A stretch of DNA of 64,000 bases from Desulfatiglandales bacterium. GTDB lineage: Bacteria; Desulfobacterota; DSM-4660; Desulfatiglandales; Desulfatiglandaceae. The first letter of the stretch is position 1, and every line of letters begins with the position of its first letter. Positions 1 through 10,696 of the stretch are shown here, in pieces. Below the pieces are notes generated by a model that was given only the letters and a program-made list of their open reading frames with translations, made no database searches and was not told the origin of the DNA. Both the position numbers and the translations under genes were made by a program. The stretch is taken from positions 5,504,001 to 5,568,000 of the forward strand of contig OY759599.1 of NCBI GenBank assembly GCA_963662465.1, written 5' to 3'.

Positions 1-1730
1 TTCGCGCCATTCAAAAAGAAATGGGGACCAAGGACGATTTCAAGGCTGAACTCGCGGATCTGGAAAAGAAAATTAAACGAAAAAGAGTTTCCAAGGAAGC
101 CCATCTGCGCATACGGCAGGAATTTAAAAAACTGAAGATGATGTCCCCCATGTCGGCGGAAGCCTCGGTGGTGCGTAATTATATTGATTGGATTATTGAC
201 TTGCCATGGTTTGACAAGAGCCGGAGCAAATTTAATATTGCCGAAGCAGAGACCATCTTGAACGAGGATCATTATGGGCTTGAAAAACCCAAAGAGCGGA
301 TTTTGGAGTATCTGGCCGTTCAGCGCCTGACAAAAAAAATGAGAGGACCCATTCTTTGCTTGGTGGGACCTCCCGGTGTCGGTAAAACGTCCCTGGCAAA
401 GTCCGTGGCCCGGGCGACAGGACGGCATTATGTGCGTCTCTCCCTCGGGGGGGTTCGGGATGAAGCCGAGATCAGGGGCCACAGGCGAACCTATATCGGA
501 GCGCTTCCGGGAAAAATTATCCAGTTTCTGAAAAAGGCGAAATCCAACAATCCCGTGTTTTGCCTGGATGAAGTGGATAAGATGAGTACTGATTTCAGGG
601 GGGATCCATCCTCTGCGTTACTGGAAGTGCTGGATCCGGAACAGAACGTGGCTTTTAACGATCATTACCTGGACCTGGACTATGATCTCTCGGACGTTTT
701 TTTTATTACCACCGCCAATAATCTGCATAATATTCCAATTCCCTTGCAGGACAGGATGGAGATTATCCGGTTGGCCGGCTATACGGAAATTGAAAAATTA
801 AATATTGCAAAACAGTTTTTGGTCAAGAAACAGATTGAACAAAACGGCCTTGATCCGGAAAATATTGCTTTTACCGACAAGGCGATTTTGACCATTATCC
901 GAACCTATACCGGCGAAGCGGGCGTTCGGAATCTTGAGCGTGAGATTTCATCCATTTGTCGAAAAGTAGCCAAAGAGGTGGTTCTGAACGGGGAAAGCAC
1001 CAAGATCAACGTCAAAACCCAGTCCCTTCAGAAATACCTGGGCGTCCCCAAGTACCGTTACGGCAGAACCGAGCAAAAAGACAGTGTCGGTGTTACCACG
1101 GGGTTGGCATGGACGGAGTTTGGTGGAGAATTGCTTCAGACGGAAGTGACGGTCATGCCGGGGAAGGGCAAGTTATCCCTCACCGGCAAACTGGGAGAGG
1201 TTATGCAGGAATCGGCCCAGGCTGCCTTGAGCTATGTTCGTTCAAAGGCAAGGGCGCTCAAGTTGCCGGATGACTTTTATGAAAAAGTTGATATTCATGT
1301 CCATGTTCCCGAGGGCGCCACTCCCAAGGACGGGCCGTCGGCGGGCATTACGCTGGCCACATCCATCGTTTCGGCTTTGATGGGGTATCCTGTTCGTTGC
1401 AACCTTGCCATGACGGGTGAAATAACCCTGCGGGGAAGAGTACTTCCCATCGGAGGCCTCAAAGAGAAGATTCTTGCCGCACATCGTGGCGGGGTTACCA
1501 AGGTGTTGATTCCCATGGAAAACAAAAAGGACATCGCGGAAATACCCAAGAGGATTTTGCGGAAGGTTGAGCTGGTCCTTGTTGAGCATGCGGATGATGT
1601 ATTGACGGAAGCCCTGATACTGGAGGCCGGCCAGGAACTGTTTGCATCTGAAGGGGACATTCAGCCCTTTTGCTTCAACAACATCGTTAAACCTGAAAAA
1701 GGAGTTGAAGCGGGTTTTATTGCACATTGA
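1..1730 (+). CDS. lon: ATP-dependent Lon protease, 5'-truncated by the window edge
   Basis: Walker [20 protein letters not shown], Walker B LDEVDK, catalytic PKDGPSAG and GGLKEK. The frame is open from position 3. Confidence 0.97.
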   Translation, partial: RAIQKEMGTKDDFKAELADLEKKIKRKRVSKEAHLRIRQEFKKLKMMSPMSAEASVVRNYIDWIIDLPWFDKSRSKFNIAEAETILNEDHYGLEKPKERILEYLAVQRLTKKMRGPILCLVGPPGVGKTSLAKSVARATGRHYVRLSLGGVRDEAEIRGHRRTYIGALPGKIIQFLKKAKSNNPVFCLDEVDKMSTDFRGDPSSALLEVLDPEQNVAFNDHYLDLDYDLSDVFFITTANNLHNIPIPLQDRMEIIRLAGYTEIEKLNIAKQFLVKKQIEQNGLDPENIAFTDKAILTIIRTYTGEAGVRNLEREISSICRKVAKEVVLNGESTKINVKTQSLQKYLGVPKYRYGRTEQKDSVGVTTGLAWTEFGGELLQTEVTVMPGKGKLSLTGKLGEVMQESAQAALSYVRSKARALKLPDDFYEKVDIHVHVPEGATPKDGPSAGITLATSIVSALMGYPVRCNLAMTGEITLRGRVLPIGGLKEKILAAHRGGVTKVLIPMENKKDIAEIPKRILRKVELVLVEHADDVLTEALILEAGQELFASEGDIQPFCFNNIVKPEKGVEAGFIAH

Positions 1731-1744
1731 TTGTAAAATATTTC

Positions 1745-1773
1745 TTGACAGTACTGTCTGAACCTGCTATGTT
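1745..1773 (+). promoter_or_regulatory. sigma70-type promoter for the tRNA pair
   Basis: TTGACA-17nt-TATGTT with an extended -10 TG, ~21 nt upstream of tRNA-Val. Confidence 0.7.
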
Positions 1774-1794
1774 TCTTTAACTGAGCTTTGGTTC

Positions 1795-1869
1795 AGGCGG
1801 GTAGCTCAGTGGGAGAGCATCGGCCTTACAAGCCGGGGGTCACGGGTTCAAATCCCGTTCCGCCTACCA
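1795..1869 (+). tRNA. tRNA-Val(TAC)
   Basis: Cloverleaf with AGGCGGG/TCCGCCT acceptor stem, anticodon loop CTTACAA, TTCAAAT T-loop and encoded CCA. Confidence 0.96.
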
Positions 1870-1933
1870 CTTAAAACAGGATGATGCTGAAAGGATTTAC
1901 CGGCCGCTCAAAAAGAGGTCGTTTAAATAATGC

Positions 1934-2012
1934 GGGGGCGTAGTTCAGCTCTGGTTAGAACGCCGGCCTGTCACGCCGGAGGTCGCGAGTTCGAGTCTCG
2001 TCGTCCCCGCCA
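1934..2012 (+). tRNA. tRNA-Asp(GTC)
   Basis: GGGGGCG/CGTCCCC acceptor stem, anticodon loop CTGTCAC, TTCGAGT T-loop and CCA end. Confidence 0.96.
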
Positions 2013-2022
2013 GAATAAATTC

Positions 2023-2056
2023 AAGGGGTTACGTCAAAAACGTAGCCCCTTTTTTG
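2023..2056 (+). terminator. Rho-independent terminator after the tRNAs
   Basis: AAGGGGTTACG-loop-CGTAGCCCCTT hairpin followed by a T run. Confidence 0.8.
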
Positions 2057-2222
2057 TGACTTAAATTCCCATACCCCACAAAACCGGCCACCCGATACCT
2101 GGCAAGTGCCCACCATGTTCCTAAAACAGATTTCGGGAACCTTCCCGGCAAAATAAAAGTTGTTCCTGACTTTCCCCCATGGTAGAATTCGGCATATCCA
2201 TTTCAAGAGAGAGGTTCATCAT

Positions 2223-2507
2223 ATGGCCACCACCATTACGTTTGATACGCTGGCTTTTGTAAAACAATTAAAATCCGCTGGGTTCAATGACAATCAAGCT
2301 GAAATTCAAGCGCAGGCAATCAATCAAGCGTTGTCTGACTTCCAAAACAATCGCTTAAATGAACTGTCCACAAAAGCGGATCTGTTTACAGTGGAAGCCA
2401 AATTACAAACAGAAATCGCTAAAGCCAAATCTGAAACCATCAAATGGGTTGCCGGTATGCTGGTTGTCCAAGCTGGTGTTGTCGCCGCTCTGGTTAAGCT
2501 TCTGTAG
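2223..2507 (+). CDS. DUF1640/CCDC90-like small coiled-coil membrane protein
   Basis: FDTLAFVKQLKSAGF...QAE, a coiled coil and C-terminal IKWVAGML TM helix. GAGAGG RBS before ATG 2223. Confidence 0.75.
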   Translation: MATTITFDTLAFVKQLKSAGFNDNQAEIQAQAINQALSDFQNNRLNELSTKADLFTVEAKLQTEIAKAKSETIKWVAGMLVVQAGVVAALVKLL

Positions 2508-2879
2508 GATTATCTCCCGATCGTTGCACACCACCCATGGGCTTAAACTAGGGCGTCTAAATTGGCCCTCGACCGTTAGGAACGTGCAGGAAATAAGCCC
2601 CACATATTTACCTGTAATTCAAAAAAATATTCAGAGACAATCTCTCTAACCTAAAAAAACTGATAGGAAGTCTCAAAATCGCTGGAATTTGATCAAAAAA
2701 TCGCCAAAACTGCCTCCATTACAAACAGTTGTCTTCTTCTATCATTTGTTTCTCAAGCCTGTTGATTAAATCCTTCTATGCTTTTATTGGGACAGCCCTA
2801 TAGTTCCATTTACCTAATTTTTCATCGAATTTTATCTTCATGTCTTCTTTATAATTCTCAGCGTATTTTTTTCCGGTTT

Positions 2880-2972
2880 TATAGACACATTCCCGCCTTT
2901 GCCCTCGCCGGGTGTTACGCTGGTGTTGATGTCGCTGTTGTGGGTCAACTTAATCTCCTCGCCGGTAATGTT
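2880..2972 (-). pseudogene. 31-codon remnant of a tpsA (FHA-like) gene, copy 1
   Basis: Translates NITGEEIKLTHNSDINTSVTPGEGKGGNVSI, matching NITGKDIQLTHNSGISTSVKSGEGKGGNVTI in the intact TpsA. Confidence 0.8.
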
Positions 2973-3409
2973 GGTACTCCAAACATGGGGCGATATTTGT
3001 TTGGATTTTACTGTTATCTTCTGTGTTTATAGTGGATACCGAGCCGGTATTTCGGGCATCGTGACGGAACATGGGGCCATGGACTCTGACCCAGCCCGCT
3101 CGAATCGTCAGATCGAAAAAGCTATGATATCACAAAATCAATAGGCTTGAACGATCGTTGAGATTGATCCCGTTTCTCAAATCATGGTTGTGAGAATATC
3201 CCAATTGTCATTTCACCACCAACGTACTCTTATCCGTTACCCAATAGTAACCATGCGGGTCATGGGGGTTATCATAAAATTTTAGGGTGAATCCATCCGC
3301 TGTCCCGTTGTAGGAAACGCATTCCATTGGTATGCTGAGGTCTGCTCCAACGGGGAGGCAGTGCGATCCTGCTCCATTCGTCAGGGTGGGCATAAGCAGT
3401 TTCCAGTAA

Positions 3410-4823
3410 GGGAATTCCCAAGAAATAACCTACGCATTATTTCAAACATAATGTTATCCTGAAAAGATAAATGCATCAGAATCTTTATTTGCATTGAAAC
3501 GCAATTTAAAAAAATGAGGGGACAAAAATTGAAGGAGGTGGTATGAGCATAATGTATGAAAGACATGAAATTCATACATTGAAAAAAGTAACGGGTAAAA
3601 AGAATGAACGGAGAAACAAAAAATCTGATAAAAGATGCATGCAGACGACTGACTGGTTACAAAAGAAGAGCATATCAGGCCGACATTACCAGGAAATATT
3701 TCAACGGGAGTGCATACAAAGCTGAACGGGAGATGGGATGGGGGAGAGAGTGTGTAACAAAAGGCCTTAAAGAAGCCGAAAGCGGGATCAGATGCATGGA
3801 TAATTTTGAGGGACGGGGAAAAAAGAAAACAGAAGACACGATTCCCGGTATTAAAGCAGACATAATATCCCTTGCAGAACCTCAAACTCAGGCGGACCCT
3901 GCCATGAAAAGCTCTATCACATATACAAGAATTACAGGAAAAGCTCTCAAAAAGGCACTGATTGATGAGAAAGGATACGACGGTGAGGATCTTCCCTCTA
4001 ACAACACTCTGATCAACATGTTGAACCGCATGGGATACAACCTGAAACGAGTCCTGAAATCCAAACCTGCGAAAAAGATAAAACAGGTCGATGAAATATT
4101 TGAAAATGTATGGAAGGCAAACCGTGACTCTGATGAGAATCCCAACTCTCATCGGATTTCTATTGATGCCAAGGCAAAAGTGAATATAGGCGAGTTCTCA
4201 AGAAACGGAAAGTCACGGGATCGGGAAGCGAAGAAAGCTGAAGACCATGATATGAATCCCGAAATGAAATTGGTTCCGTACGGTATTCTTGACGTTTTGA
4301 GCGGAATGCTTTCTATTTTTTTCGGCACATCTTTTGAAACAAGTGATTTCATCGTTGACTGTTTAGAGATGTGGTGGGAAAAAAACAGAATTACCTATCT
4401 TCATATAAACGAGTTGGTTATCAATCTTGACAATGGTCCGAATTCAGCAAGCGGTCGGACTCAATTCATTCGCAGAATGACCGAATTCAGTGACAAAACA
4501 GGTTTGCGAATCCGCCTGGTTTATTATCCTCCCTATCATAGTAAGTACAATCCGGTTGAAAGATGTTGGGGAATATTGGAGGGACATTGGAACGGAGAAA
4601 TATTGGATTCAATATCAAAAGCAGTCAATTGGGCATCTACGATGACATGGAAAGGGATAAAGCCCATTGTCACGTTGGTGGAAAAGGCATATAAGAAGGG
4701 AATCCGGCTTACAAAAAAAGAAATGAAACCTTACGAAAACAGAATTAAACGTTCCGACACACTGCCCAAATGGGATGTACTTATTGAATCTGGAGTTGGG
4801 TAGTTTATTTCTTGGGAATTCCC
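3410..4823 (+). mobile_element. ISAzo13-family insertion sequence
   Basis: 19-bp perfect terminal IRs GGGAATTCCCAAGAAATAA / TTATTTCTTGGGAATTCCC, with a 3-bp TAA target duplication (3407-3409, 4824-4826). Confidence 0.9.
3604..4803 (+). CDS. ISAzo13-family DDE transposase
   Basis: ISIDAKAKVNIGEFSRNG, DHD, INLDNGP and YYPPYHSKYNPVERCW motifs. Confidence 0.92.
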   Translation: MNGETKNLIKDACRRLTGYKRRAYQADITRKYFNGSAYKAEREMGWGRECVTKGLKEAESGIRCMDNFEGRGKKKTEDTIPGIKADIISLAEPQTQADPAMKSSITYTRITGKALKKALIDEKGYDGEDLPSNNTLINMLNRMGYNLKRVLKSKPAKKIKQVDEIFENVWKANRDSDENPNSHRISIDAKAKVNIGEFSRNGKSRDREAKKAEDHDMNPEMKLVPYGILDVLSGMLSIFFGTSFETSDFIVDCLEMWWEKNRITYLHINELVINLDNGPNSASGRTQFIRRMTEFSDKTGLRIRLVYYPPYHSKYNPVERCWGILEGHWNGEILDSISKAVNWASTMTWKGIKPIVTLVEKAYKKGIRLTKKEMKPYENRIKRSDTLPKWDVLIESGVG

Positions 4824-4997
4824 TAAAAACCGGAAGGATCGTTCGGATGGTGATAAGAAGCCAGGATAAAGCCATACCGATTGCCGTCATATTCGGCGCA
4901 AGGAATATCAATCCACAAACCAGCACCGACAGCAATACAAGGGTTGAAAACCTGTATGCGATTGTTAACGGGATCAACAACGTATATTTTACCATTG

Positions 4998-5429
4998 TCA
5001 CTCACAGCAATTCCATATGGCCAGTTCACCAAACCCGGGTCGAAGCCGTATCCGCAAAATTCTATCAAAATGCTTATTGTTATGTGTCACGAGAACCCAA
5101 TTATGTGCTAACACTGTTCCGGCTATTAAAATATCAATATCATCAATTGGCATTCCTCTTTTTCGCAGTTTTGCATAAATCTCGGCAGAAATCATGACAG
5201 CCTTTTCAGTCAGGGGAATTATGTTGTTATGCGATGCAAATTCCAAGAAAGATGATAACTGCTTCTTTGTATCCCGATGCTTCAATCCACTAATGATTTC
5301 GTAATGGGTAATGATACTGAAGTTGATTTTGTTATGCTCTTCTTGATAGATGTCGAAATGGGAAACAACATTTCGGTTGCCTCGAAAGAACATTGACAAA
5401 ATATCTGTATCAATCAGTACTTGTTTCAT
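4998..5429 (-). CDS. vapC: PIN-domain (VapC-like) toxin; extreme C-terminus apparently replaced at a junction with the NHL gene
   Basis: LIDTDILS, ITHYEI, DIDILIAG, LVTHNNKHF. After HFDRI the sequence runs into the NHL-gene fragment in another frame. Confidence 0.8.
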   Translation of the reverse strand: MKQVLIDTDILSMFFRGNRNVVSHFDIYQEEHNKINFSIITHYEIISGLKHRDTKKQLSSFLEFASHNNIIPLTEKAVMISAEIYAKLRKRGMPIDDIDILIAGTVLAHNWVLVTHNNKHFDRILRIRLRPGFGELAIWNCCE

Positions 5430-5585
5430 CACCTCTTCTCCCTGAAAAAGCCGAATGACGTCTTTCAGCAATCTCTTCTGTGAATTCTGAAAATACTTTA
5501 TTTGGCATATCTTCCCAACATCCCGCAAAATCCATAATTGATTTGCTTCTGTCTTCGGAAGCTTCAATGCCTAATCTAAAATAAT
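5410..5585 (-). pseudogene. C-terminal part of a VapB-like antitoxin, 5' end replaced by the tpsB stub
   Basis: Acidic tail IMDFAGCWEDM...EEIAERR overlaps the toxin start. DNA above ~5588 is tpsB-derived. Confidence 0.55.
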
Positions 5586-5587
5586 GT

Positions 5588-5900
5588 CGGCTGGGCTGCC
5601 GCCGTAAAAGGAGACCCAAGGGCAAATGCGGTAAACCCCAGCAGACAGATGACGATCACTTTTTTGGATGTTTTTGAGGAAAACGGCAGGTATGGGCATA
5701 AAAAAACCTCAACAGATGATTGGCATGCGGGAATCTGAATTGACGATGATCCCTTTTCCTGATATCGTTATTCAATCATTGAAAATAAGGTTGTTTTATC
5801 TACCATGCGGGTTATCAAAATCAATGGGATTTCGGCCAAATAGTTATATTTGTTCTATAACACGGGCAAAATATCCCGGTTTGATGAAATTGAATTTAAT
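5588..5900. repeat. Copy 1 of the ~300-bp repeat (tpsB 5' stub plus divergent promoter region)
   Basis: Aligns by eye with 17107-17400 and 22210-22523 (e.g. GGGCATAAAAAAACCTCAACAGATGATTGGCATGCGGGAATCTGAATTGACG). Confidence 0.9.
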
Positions 5901-5920
5901 AGTGAGGAGATTAGGGAACA

Positions 5921-8236
5921 ATGCACTTTTCCATCCGTTCAGCAGGATTTTGTTTCGCGGTTATAACCTGCCTCATCCTTACATTTTTTTTGCCGAACGT
6001 CCTTGCACAAGAGGTAATGACGGCACAGGCGTTCTTAAAACAGGGGCGATTGCTTCTCGATCGCGGTGCATTTGAGAAAGCCGTTTCCCGGCTTGAAGCG
6101 GCCGCCCAACAGTTCGCTGATACCGGCAAACAGAAGGAACAGGCCGAAGCCCTAGAGGGCGAGGCTGAAGCATATCAGGCGCTGGGGCGCTACCGGAAAG
6201 CCCTTGACAGCCTCAATATGGCCCTTTCCCTTGTTGAACGTCTGAACGAACCAAAATTAACAGCCCTGATCCTGGGAAGGATGGGGAATAGCGCCTTTTT
6301 TCTGGGGCATACGGATAAGGCCTGGGAACAGCTGCATCAGGGGATGGGGATCGCCCGGGAACTGAAGAACCCGGAGACAATGGCCGTTCTCACGACTTGC
6401 ATGGCAAAGCTCCACGAAATGCAGGGCCATTATGGGCAGGCGGTTTTGCGCTACGAAGAAAGCCTACAAAGCGCCGAAAGCCTGGGTGACCCCCGCCTTT
6501 CGGCAGGCATCATGGCAGATGCCGCATCCGCCTGTATCCTGAATGGGGACCTGAAAAAGGCTCAAAAATTGCTCTCCCAGTCATTTGAAGGGTACTTAAA
6601 ACTCCCCGCTTCCCACCAAAAAAGCTATGATCTGATTCTGATCGGTCGAAGCTATGACAAACTCTCATCCCTTTTGCCGGGGCAAAAAGCCCCTCTCAGG
6701 AAAGAAGCATACCGTGCCCTTCAGGAAGCGGCAGTGACGGCGGAATCCATCGGCGACCGGCGGGCCCTCTCCTATGCCTATGGATACACGGGTGGGTTAT
6801 ACGAGTCGGAAGGCCGCTATGCCGAGGCCCTGGAATGGACCCGAAGAGCCATCTTTGCGGCCCAGGAGATCGACGCCCGGGAATGCCTTTATCTGTGGGA
6901 ATGGCAGACCGGTCGTCTGTTTACGGCAATGGGGAAGATCCCTGAAGCCATCGCCGCCTACAAAACCGCGGTGCAGAGCTTTCAGGCCATACGCGGCGCC
7001 GCATCGGGTACGTGCAAAAATTGCACCCGGCAGGATTTTCAAGCCCGTGGAGGAGCCATCTTTTTTGAGCTGGCTGACCTGTTGCTCACTTATTCCGGTT
7101 CCCTGACGGACAAGGCGGAAATTGAGCCCTACCTTCGAGACGCCAGGGACACCATCGAGATGCTCAAGGTGGTGGAGCTGGAGGACTATTTCGCCGATCC
7201 CTGTGTCACCGGTTCCCAGACCGCCAAGACCCGCCTGGAAGATATCGCGAAAGATGCACTGGTGGTCTATACCATCACCTTCCCGGACCGGCTGGATCTG
7301 TTATTGAGCAGTCAGCACGGCATCGAACGGATCACAGTGTCGGTGGATGCGCAGACCATCAGGCGGGAAACAAACGCCCTCAGGCAAACCCTGGCCAAGC
7401 GGACAACCTGGCAATATCTCCCCCATGCCCAACGGATTTACGACTGGATCATCCGGCCCCTGGAACCCCAGATTGAGAAGTATCATGTCAAAACCCTGAT
7501 TTTTGTGCCTGACGGTCCCCTTCGAACCATCCCCATGGCAGCCCTCCATGACGGCCACGACTTCATCGTTCAAAGGATGGCCGTAGTCACCACCCCCGGA
7601 CTGAATTTAACGGATCCCCGGTCCATCCACCTGAAGGAAAAAAAGATCCTTCTGGCGGGGCTCAGCAAAAGCGCTCAGGGGTTTTCGCCCTTAACGAATG
7701 TGAAACAGGAAATCGACGGGATCGGCAAAATTTATGACGGTCGACGTCTTGAAAACGAGACCTTTCTGACGGCCAATGTGAAAGCGGCCCTGAAAGCCAA
7801 CCCCTACCCCATCGTGCATATCGCCACCCATGGTCAGTTTGCGGGGGAAGGATCGGAAAGCTTTCTTTTAACCTGGGATGACAAGATCCGGATGGATCAA
7901 CTGGACGGGTTCATGAAGCTGAGCCGGTTTCGAAAAGACCCGGTGGAACTGTTAACCTTAAGCGCCTGCCAGACGGCTGCCGGTGATGAACGTGCCGCTC
8001 TCGGTCTGGCCGGAATTGCCGTCAGAGCCGGCGCCAGGAGCGCTCTGGCCACCCTCTGGAACGTGAGCGATCAGGCAGCCTCCCTTCTGATTGTGGAATT
8101 CTACCGTAAACTGAACGACCCCGCGGTTTCCAAGGCCGATGCGCTTCAGGCGGCACAAATCATGCTTCTGAAATCGGGACAGTACCGCCATCCGTTTTAT
8201 TGGTCGCCGTATCTGTTGATTGGGAACTGGCTGTAG
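5921..8236 (+). CDS. TPR-CHAT (caspase/HetF-like) protease with N-terminal signal peptide
   Basis: Hydrophobic leader ending VLA-QE, TPR helices, LIFVPDGPLRTIPMAAL, catalytic HIATHG and LSACQT, C-terminal HPFYWSPYLLIGNWL. Confidence 0.93.
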   Translation: MHFSIRSAGFCFAVITCLILTFFLPNVLAQEVMTAQAFLKQGRLLLDRGAFEKAVSRLEAAAQQFADTGKQKEQAEALEGEAEAYQALGRYRKALDSLNMALSLVERLNEPKLTALILGRMGNSAFFLGHTDKAWEQLHQGMGIARELKNPETMAVLTTCMAKLHEMQGHYGQAVLRYEESLQSAESLGDPRLSAGIMADAASACILNGDLKKAQKLLSQSFEGYLKLPASHQKSYDLILIGRSYDKLSSLLPGQKAPLRKEAYRALQEAAVTAESIGDRRALSYAYGYTGGLYESEGRYAEALEWTRRAIFAAQEIDARECLYLWEWQTGRLFTAMGKIPEAIAAYKTAVQSFQAIRGAASGTCKNCTRQDFQARGGAIFFELADLLLTYSGSLTDKAEIEPYLRDARDTIEMLKVVELEDYFADPCVTGSQTAKTRLEDIAKDALVVYTITFPDRLDLLLSSQHGIERITVSVDAQTIRRETNALRQTLAKRTTWQYLPHAQRIYDWIIRPLEPQIEKYHVKTLIFVPDGPLRTIPMAALHDGHDFIVQRMAVVTTPGLNLTDPRSIHLKEKKILLAGLSKSAQGFSPLTNVKQEIDGIGKIYDGRRLENETFLTANVKAALKANPYPIVHIATHGQFAGEGSESFLLTWDDKIRMDQLDGFMKLSRFRKDPVELLTLSACQTAAGDERAALGLAGIAVRAGARSALATLWNVSDQAASLLIVEFYRKLNDPAVSKADALQAAQIMLLKSGQYRHPFYWSPYLLIGNWL

Positions 8237-8452
8237 CAGGGGAGAAGCTATAATCAAGCGACAACGTAAAAGGGTTGCAGTTTGAGATGAAATAAAAAAG
8301 GACATTTAAAAGTCCTGGGTTCAAAGCCTTTCCGGTTCATGAGTGCGGCGCTGCCTTCATCAGTTTGTGACAGCACATAGAGTCCCGCTGAGAATAATGG
8401 TTGTGGATACTTCACCAAATGAGCCGGTTTTTGAGTTGGCTGGAGGTAGGTT

Positions 8453-10219
8453 ATGGGCGTTTATATTTCTTTGCAAATTCTTCCAGATCGTATAGACCCG
8501 GATGCGTGGGCCGCTTTTTATGATGAGACGGTTCAGTTTCTCAAAAACAACGACCTCAGGCTGATTGGCCCCGGGAAAGAACGGATCAAATTGCCTCAGG
8601 GTGAATTTGAAAGGACGATTTACAGCCAAACGTTCGAACAAGTGGAAAATGGGAGACACTTCTGGCATATCTGCGGTGATCTGACATTCTATGGCATGGG
8701 GGAGAGTTTCCTTTTATACCGCGATTTGAACCATTATCAGGATCGGTATCTTTTCGCCAGGGACGCGGACAAAGATCCGGTATCAACGATGGATCTCCGC
8801 TATGACATCGTGGAAAATGTCCTTCGGGAACAGCTGCATGAGACCGATAATGTCGAAGGGGACCCGCCTGCGACAGTCGGTCGTAAACAGGATAAATACG
8901 GCAGTCTCAGCGCTATGGCGAGAGTCTTCGATGAGAAAACACAGGGACACCCATTTCACTATTACATGCTGGGCGTGGGCATGCTTGCGGAAGACCGGTT
9001 TCCGAGCGCGGCATTTGTTTCCGGAGATATTGACCGGTTCCAGGCTGAAAAGGCGCGGGATAAAATCAGGACCATTTTGAAAAGGGATGTCAACCTTCCT
9101 TTGTGTACAAACCCTGACGCCCTGCTGAAACGTGTCATGTTATATTACGAAGGTATTGCGGCCGTGAAGGCCTTCGATTGTCTTTTAAGAGACGACGACC
9201 CCCTTCAGGATGCTTCCCAAATGCATCACATTGTGATCAGGCATTTGGGCCGCCAGGTTTATGAACATTGGTTTCTAGAGAGATTGAAGCGATATGACGC
9301 GCCCAATAAGCTGGGCGCCAAGGACATCATGATGGAGTGGCTTAACTCGGGTGAACCCCTGGAACCGTTGCTCAGGCTTGCGTGTATTCATAAAGAGGGT
9401 CCGCTATATGCCCCTGTAAGCACTGCCGAAAGCCTTGTAAATCTTTGGTTGACCATTGAACCGGAAAAACGGAAGGCGTGGCAGGCCTTTTCCCGGCCTC
9501 AGGGAGCAACCGACACGGTCGCAAGTCAGTTTGGCGCCGTCTTATTGGACGTTATTTTGGGAGCGAAAGGGCGAAACCTGAAAATCTATATCCCGGCGGA
9601 TGCCCTTATTCAAACCTTTGGCCGCATTTTCCCTCAAGAAGAGAGCGCCGTCTCTGAAATGGTTCTCCGCGTAACCCGAGAACTGGAAGAGACGCATGCT
9701 CAGATCGAGAAGCCCCTGGCTGAAAAGCTCAGGCAGGTTCAGGAAGAACCGGGCGTATTGGATGGCGTCCCCATTTTGCAGTTGGCTGACGCGGCATCCA
9801 TTACCGGGGAACAGCGGGACTGGCTTGTCCATTTTGCCTATGTCCTCTCGTTTCAGTTGTCAGTGATTAAAGACGGGGAGAATGAAATAGAAAACCTGTT
9901 TTTCAATGAGAGGAATTACGATGATTTGTACTCCCAGTTTGTCCTGGCCACTGACCGGTACGGTCCCCACCTGACCGATCAAGCCTGGCAATGGATCGAT
10001 GATGAACAGGACCTGGATCTGTTGACTACCCTGACCATGCTGTCTCTGATCAATAACTCGGAACAAAAATTTTACCATACAAAGAAGGCCGTCATGGAGA
10101 AGAAATGGCTTTGTGAGCTTGTCACAAAACTCCGTATGGACACAAAGGAGATGAATAAAATTAAGATACTGGCTGATGAAGCACTGATGAAAGCAAAACA
10201 AACCCGTGAAAAGGCGTAG
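8453..10219 (+). CDS. hypothetical protein (588 aa)
   Basis: Long ORF with GGAGG RBS. No domain recognised. Confidence 0.75.
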   Translation: MGVYISLQILPDRIDPDAWAAFYDETVQFLKNNDLRLIGPGKERIKLPQGEFERTIYSQTFEQVENGRHFWHICGDLTFYGMGESFLLYRDLNHYQDRYLFARDADKDPVSTMDLRYDIVENVLREQLHETDNVEGDPPATVGRKQDKYGSLSAMARVFDEKTQGHPFHYYMLGVGMLAEDRFPSAAFVSGDIDRFQAEKARDKIRTILKRDVNLPLCTNPDALLKRVMLYYEGIAAVKAFDCLLRDDDPLQDASQMHHIVIRHLGRQVYEHWFLERLKRYDAPNKLGAKDIMMEWLNSGEPLEPLLRLACIHKEGPLYAPVSTAESLVNLWLTIEPEKRKAWQAFSRPQGATDTVASQFGAVLLDVILGAKGRNLKIYIPADALIQTFGRIFPQEESAVSEMVLRVTRELEETHAQIEKPLAEKLRQVQEEPGVLDGVPILQLADAASITGEQRDWLVHFAYVLSFQLSVIKDGENEIENLFFNERNYDDLYSQFVLATDRYGPHLTDQAWQWIDDEQDLDLLTTLTMLSLINNSEQKFYHTKKAVMEKKWLCELVTKLRMDTKEMNKIKILADEALMKAKQTREKA

Positions 10220-10232
10220 AGATGCGTTAGTG

Positions 10233-10428
10233 TCATTAAAATATAATGTTCAAAGCAATGTCCGAATTCGGGCGTGCCGGGTGCAGGCTTTCGACGCGCC
10301 AAATAATTGGTGACGCCCACGTCAAACAGATAGAACTTTTCGGTTTTTATAAGACGTCGATTTTTTGCTTTACGCCAGGGTTGGATACTGAATCCCAACA
10401 GGGTGTTTTCCAGTAGTTGGAATATCAT
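10233..10428 (-). pseudogene. Internal fragment of an AAA_14/DUF4143-type ATPase
   Basis: LENTLLG...KFYLFDVGV...GHCFEHYI resembles the DUF4143 region. No N-terminal ATPase is present. Confidence 0.6.
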
Positions 10429-10506
10429 GAAATTCTCTTATCTGGTATATTTTCTCACACAGAGCGTGGGAACGAGCTTTAAAAACGAATATCGAACAAG
10501 AAATGT

Positions 10507-10657
10507 TCTGGCGGGGATTGCGGTTCGGCGTTCGGAGTACTCTGGCCACCCTGTGGAACGTGAGCGATCAGGCGGTCCGGTTCATGCTCTTGAAACCGGG
10601 GCAGTATCGCCATCCCTTTTGCTGGTCGCCTTATCTGTTGCTCAGGAACTGGTTGTG
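10507..10657 (+). pseudogene. Deleted remnant of a CHAT gene 3' end
   Basis: Collinear matches to ~8005-8236 (CTCTGGCCACCCTGTGGAACGTGAGCGATCAGGC...TGGTCGCCTTATCTGTTG...GGAACTGGTTGTGA) with an internal deletion. Confidence 0.8.
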
Positions 10658-10696
10658 ACAAGTTTTCAGAAAATATGACCGTAATATATTTTGGTA

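Larger units (their letters stand above)
3208..5068 (-). pseudogene. 3' part of an NHL-repeat protein with a tandem Cys-containing C-terminal repeat, split by an IS
   Basis: Removing the IS plus one TAA rejoins ORFs 4823-5068 and 3208-3393 in frame (PSGF-YWKLL-MPTL). One NHL-like repeat is present (WPYGIAVSDNGKIYVVDPVNNRIQVF). Confidence 0.75.

Noticed and set aside
2548..2802. MITE bounded by TAGGGCGTC / GACAGCCCTA
   Set aside because: The inverted match is short and gapped, with no clear target duplication.
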